Positions 60,439 through 64,000 of a stretch of DNA of 64,000 nucleotides are shown piece after piece. Below the pieces are notes generated by a model. It was not told where the DNA came from, made no database searches, and was given only the letters and a program-made list of their open reading frames with translations. A program made the position numbers and the translations under genes. This stretch comes from Candidatus Latescibacterota bacterium. GTDB lineage: Bacteria > Latescibacterota > UBA2968. The stretch covers positions 4,128,001 through 4,192,000 of the forward strand of contig OZ241986.1 in assembly GCA_965204375.1 (NCBI GenBank), in the 5' to 3' direction. Position 1 is the first letter of the stretch; each line of letters opens with the position of its first letter.

Positions 60439-60503
60439 ATTAAAAATTGAGAATTGAAAAAGCGGTAAGCAGGAGAAGCGGCCAGGATGGAGAAACTATA
60501 AAT

Positions 60504-60539
60504 AAAAAAAGCCAATCACACAGTGATCGGCTTTAAAAA
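60504..60539. terminator. Terminator-like hairpin between convergent genes
   Basis: AAAAAAAGCCAATCAC-ACA-GTGATCGGCTTT. Confidence 0.6.
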
Positions 60540-60581
60540 TAAAGGCGCGGGGCAATGCGAACCAGACGGGACAGGTCCTCC

Positions 60582-60839
60582 TCAATAATGATAACGAGCC
60601 TGTAGAAAATTAATGCGCTCATGGTCAACGTGATAGACAATGCGATGTTCGCGTGTCAAACGACGAGACCAGGTATTGCGGTCAAAGTATTTGAGTGGTT
60701 CTGGTTTGCCAATCCCTTTGAAAGGATCTCGCAGGATAGCTTCCACAAGTGTCAAGACGCGAAGGGCTATCTTGCGATCAGTTTGAACCCAATAGTGCAG
60801 GTCTGCACGAAATTCTGGATGAAAAACAGCATCGCGCAT
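60582..60839 (-). CDS. yoeB: Txe/YoeB toxin
   Basis: PFKGIGKPEPLK...WSRRLTREHRIVY...QARYHY. Confidence 0.95.
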   Translation of the reverse strand: MRDAVFHPEFRADLHYWVQTDRKIALRVLTLVEAILRDPFKGIGKPEPLKYFDRNTWSRRLTREHRIVYHVDHERINFLQARYHY

Positions 60840-60841
60840 TA

Positions 60842-61129
60842 TTATTCCAGCCCAACCTCTCGACGCAAGTCATCAACGGATTGAGCGGGTTCTGTTCCGG
60901 CTTTGGCTCGGTTTAGAGCAGTTGCCAATCGTTCCGCATTTTTAGGTGAGCTGAGAAGATGAGCGGTTTCTATAAGGCTGGAAAGCTCGGACACAGAAAT
61001 CAGAGCGACATCTTCATGCCCCCGACGAGTGATAATAACGTAATCATTTTCATCCGTCACATCTTTGCAAAGACTGGCAAGCCTGGCGCGTGCCTGAGTA
61101 CAGGTAAATGTTCTGGTCATATATTTCAT
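60842..61129 (-). CDS. yefM: YefM antitoxin
   Basis: ARARL...VIITRRG...ETAHLLSSPKNAERL. Confidence 0.93.
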   Translation of the reverse strand: MKYMTRTFTCTQARARLASLCKDVTDENDYVIITRRGHEDVALISVSELSSLIETAHLLSSPKNAERLATALNRAKAGTEPAQSVDDLRREVGLE

Positions 61130-61150
61130 AATAATATCCAGCGAAAATCC

Positions 61151-61179
61151 CTACTTCTCACTTCCTACTTCTCACTTCC
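61151..61179. repeat. Short heptamer array overlapping the pafA-like stop codon
   Basis: Minus strand AAG TGA GAAGTAG GAAGTGA GAAGTAG. Confidence 0.75.
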
Positions 61180-62629
61180 CCCTTCTCAACCCCATCATCT
61201 TCGACGCGATCTCGACCTCCTCGGCAAATGCCTCTGCCGCCTCGTCATACGTATCAAACGGATCGCGGAAACTCAAATGGTATTCATTTTCCAAATACAC
61301 CGAATCCCAATCCACAATATACCGCACCCGATTTTGCGACAACGTCTTCACCATCGCCGCCCGCGCCTTTGCCCGCGTATCAGCCGGAGGCGTTCCACAA
61401 GCCTCTTCAACGCGATCATCGGTCAACACGCGCTTCATCTTACCCTGTTGCTCCAGATCGAAATACAACCCGCGATTGGGATCGATATTGTGATACTCCA
61501 GATCCAAACTCTGCAACCACGGATCGTCCCAACCCAAATTCTCCGACTCGCGAAACGCATCCAACAACCACTTCTTCGCCACCCAGTCCACACGATCTGT
61601 CAACTGCATCGGATCGGATTCCAGATCATCAAGTGTGCGCTCCCACTCAGCCAGCACCCAATCCGACTCCTCATCCAGACCTCTCAAATGGCGCTGCGAC
61701 AAATCCAGATAAACGCGCTGAATATCAATCGCCGAAATAGACCGCCCATTCTGCCGGTCCAGAATCCACTTATGTGTTGGATCGCGCGAAATCTCCTTCA
61801 ACGCCCATACCGGATCACCCAACCCCAGATCCTGGGGAAAAATCTTCCGCTCTAAGAGATTCAGCACCATCGCAGTCGTGCCAACCTTCAGCGCCGTCGC
61901 ATACTCCGACATATTTGAATCGCCCACCAGAAGGTGCAAACGGCGGTACTTGCTGTGATCGGCCAGCGGTTCATCTCGCGTATTGATAATCGCGCGAGAA
62001 AACTGAATCCATTGATAAATCTCTGTCACAATATGATCCGCACGCTGAGAAATCTGGAAATTCACCGGATCTTCCCGGTTGTCGGCATCGCGCGCACTGT
62101 GCCCATAATAATAAAAACTGTCGTCATAACTGCCCACGCGACCTGCACCGCAAAAAATTTGGCGCGTCACCAAAAACGGCAACAGCGCGGGAATGACAAC
62201 CGTTGAAAACGGCACATTGCGCCTGACCAGATAATTTTCGTGACAGCCAAACGTCGCGCCCGTATAGTGATCGATATTATTCTTCAAAAACGACGCTTCT
62301 TTAGCCAACCCCAGCGCGTGCAATGCCCGATGCAAAATGAGATCGCCAGCCCGATCAAAAGCCACAATATCCCACAACCCCATACACTCCGGCGTCGCGT
62401 ATTCCAAATGCCCCATATCGATATAAACCCGCCCGGCATTAAACAAAAACCCCCCATTGCCCGGGGGTTCATCCCGTCCGCGATAGTGAATATCCACAAT
62501 CCCGATACGGTCAACGTGAAAAATATGATCCTTAACCTTCACCGAAATGGTATCGGGACTCACAAAACCCTCGTGCTCGGGAGCCAAACACCCATACTCG
62601 GTTTCTATGCCAAAAATGCGATCTCTCAT
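61172..62629 (-). CDS. pafA: PafA/PafA2-family Pup(UBact)-protein ligase
   Basis: RIFGIETEYG, HLEYATPEC, KNN, GCHENYL, SQRADHI, TRDEP, RLHLLVGDSNMSE. Confidence 0.85.
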   Translation of the reverse strand: MRDRIFGIETEYGCLAPEHEGFVSPDTISVKVKDHIFHVDRIGIVDIHYRGRDEPPGNGGFLFNAGRVYIDMGHLEYATPECMGLWDIVAFDRAGDLILHRALHALGLAKEASFLKNNIDHYTGATFGCHENYLVRRNVPFSTVVIPALLPFLVTRQIFCGAGRVGSYDDSFYYYGHSARDADNREDPVNFQISQRADHIVTEIYQWIQFSRAIINTRDEPLADHSKYRRLHLLVGDSNMSEYATALKVGTTAMVLNLLERKIFPQDLGLGDPVWALKEISRDPTHKWILDRQNGRSISAIDIQRVYLDLSQRHLRGLDEESDWVLAEWERTLDDLESDPMQLTDRVDWVAKKWLLDAFRESENLGWDDPWLQSLDLEYHNIDPNRGLYFDLEQQGKMKRVLTDDRVEEACGTPPADTRAKARAAMVKTLSQNRVRYIVDWDSVYLENEYHLSFRDPFDTYDEAAEAFAEEVEIASKMMGLRRGK

Positions 62630-62649
62630 GGGGCCTCTCAATGATAGAT

Positions 62650-62721
62650 GGGCGAGGCATGCCTCGCCCCTACAATGAACCACCATCCGCAACAACGGGC
62701 AGGTTTAAAACCTGCCCCTAC
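62650..62721. repeat. Two GTAG-type REP-like hairpins; one supplies the prcA TAG
   Basis: GGGCGAGGCATGCCTCGCCCCTAC; GGGCAGGTTTAAAACCTGCCCCTAC. Confidence 0.85.
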
Positions 62722-63509
62722 AATATAAACGGCGCCAGCGCGGGCGCAATTTCTTCTGCATCGACATTGCGGTACTTGTTTTTACCCACCCGCGACCGCT
62801 CGAGCACCACCGCCTCCACCTCCAGATCCACCAACTCCGTCACAAGCACATCAACCACATCGACCTCCCCAGCCACCTGATCCAACGCGTCGGCATCGGT
62901 GGGCACCTCGTCCATCTTCCCAATCCATCGCCCCATCGCCCATGCGCGAAGCGCGGCACCTGCGGCATCAGACAGAGACAACGCCTCCGTATCCAAACCC
63001 GACAACTCGCGCACCATCATCACATCCGCCTCCACAACGCCCCCCACAGCAGCACACCTCTCGTGCCGGTGAAACGCGCCATCGTAATCCACAGAATAAA
63101 AAATGTGCGCGCCCTCCTGCCCATCCAACTCCGCGAGAAGCACCCGCGCCAAAAAAGGAGACCGCACCACATCGTCAAACCCCGCCTTAATCGCAGGACC
63201 GAGACCAAAATACACAATCTGACGCAGTGTCACATCGTCTTCCGAATAATTAAACCCAATCGAATGCGCCATATCAATCGCAGCCTGCCGCAGATTCTCG
63301 ATATCCGTCGAATGCCCAATCCCCGCGAGCAAGATGCGATCGTACACCTCAAACACCTTTTGCTGACTCTGCGACAGCGTCAACAACAAAATCCCATCCT
63401 CGTAACCCACCCCCACGACCGGACTACCCTGCCGGATCTGATCCTCAATATAATCTCGCCGATTCGCAACCGCCTCTGCCCAGCGATACGGCTCATCAGA
63501 CAACATCAT
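62718..63509 (-). CDS. prcA: 20S proteasome alpha subunit
   Basis: RRDYI....GSPVV...Y.DGILL, KVFEVYDRI..AGIG, YDG, EAVVLER. Confidence 0.88.
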   Translation of the reverse strand: MMLSDEPYRWAEAVANRRDYIEDQIRQGSPVVGVGYEDGILLLTLSQSQQKVFEVYDRILLAGIGHSTDIENLRQAAIDMAHSIGFNYSEDDVTLRQIVYFGLGPAIKAGFDDVVRSPFLARVLLAELDGQEGAHIFYSVDYDGAFHRHERCAAVGGVVEADVMMVRELSGLDTEALSLSDAAGAALRAWAMGRWIGKMDEVPTDADALDQVAGEVDVVDVLVTELVDLEVEAVVLERSRVGKNKYRNVDAEEIAPALAPFIL

Positions 63510-63695
63510 GCGCGTCCCGCCTCCTCCCAATTAAACTTTCTCAATCTTCGTATCCTTCGTGTCCTTCGTGTCCTTCGTGGATACTGAATCATGCGCGTCC
63601 CGCCTCCTCCCAATTAAACCTTTTCAATCTTCGTATCCTTCGTGTCCTTCGTGTCCTTCGTGGATACTGAATCATGCGCGTCCCGCCGCCTCCCC
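63506..63695 (-). repeat. 83-bp tandem duplication at the prcB-prcA junction; each unit encodes a 28-aa Arg-rich ORF
   Basis: CATGCGCGTCCCGCC at 63507, 63590 and 63673; ORFs 63589-63675 and 63506-63592 linked by ATGA overlaps. Confidence 0.9.
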
Positions 63696-64000
63696 ATCCA
63701 CATATTGAACATAAAGCTGTCGCAACGCCTCGGTCTCAATCTCCGCCAGACCCGACGCCGTAATCGTCTTCACCGACGGAAAAATATCAGCCGACCGCTC
63801 GTATCGCCCCGTCGCCGAATCGTATTCCGACGCCGTATCCAGAAGCTGAAGCGCGTGTCCAATTGCCGCATCGCGATCCATATCCACAAACCGCCGACCG
63901 CCCCAGCGATTCAAATAATACATCGCACCGCGAATCGCCGGCGACCCCGACCCCGTCGTCGTAAAATCGGCACTCTCGAACTGCGCCCCCAGCGCATCGT
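63672..64000 (-). CDS. prcB: 20S proteasome beta subunit, C-terminal part (runs off the window)
   Basis: DALGAQFE...TGSGS, AL..A...DSATG; upstream of prcA. Confidence 0.85.
   Translation of the reverse strand, partial: DALGAQFESADFTTTGSGSPAIRGAMYYLNRWGGRRFVDMDRDAAIGHALQLLDTASEYDSATGRYERSADIFPSVKTITASGLAEIETEALRQLYVQYVDGEAAGRA

Noticed and set aside
63506-63675. Mini-ORFs as the Pup/UBact modifier
   Set aside because: Too short, basic, repeat-derived, and without a C-terminal GGE/GE/Q

Overview
A 64 kb bacterial chromosome segment. The gene mix resembles sponge-associated/candidate-phylum lineages such as Latescibacterota or Poribacteria; this is inferred from the expanded PhyH dioxygenases, sulfatases, a dockerin/EF-hand-like tail and a non-actinobacterial-type proteasome operon. 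Housekeeping and metabolic genes include acnA, gpmI, cysC, queF plus a divergent queF paralog, a TrmH methyltransferase, a TRAP transporter, an ABC exporter with DUF1854, and prcB'-prcA-pafA-like. These are interleaved with a decaying defence island at about 1.1-12.2 kb (AlbA_2-HATPase, higB remnant/higA, hsdS, frameshifted NDT-like-TPR, helicase-DUF2290, internally deleted hsdR, PIN pair), a type II R-M pair and about 8 toxin-antitoxin modules, many with inactivated toxins. The most striking unexplained structure is several families of small intergenic repeat elements. They sit exactly on gene ends, supply the stop codons of about 11 genes, and in two places encode translationally coupled mini-ORFs. 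Three PhyH paralogs have HxG/HxN in place of HxD, a halogenase-like substitution. No rRNA, tRNA or CRISPR array was seen.
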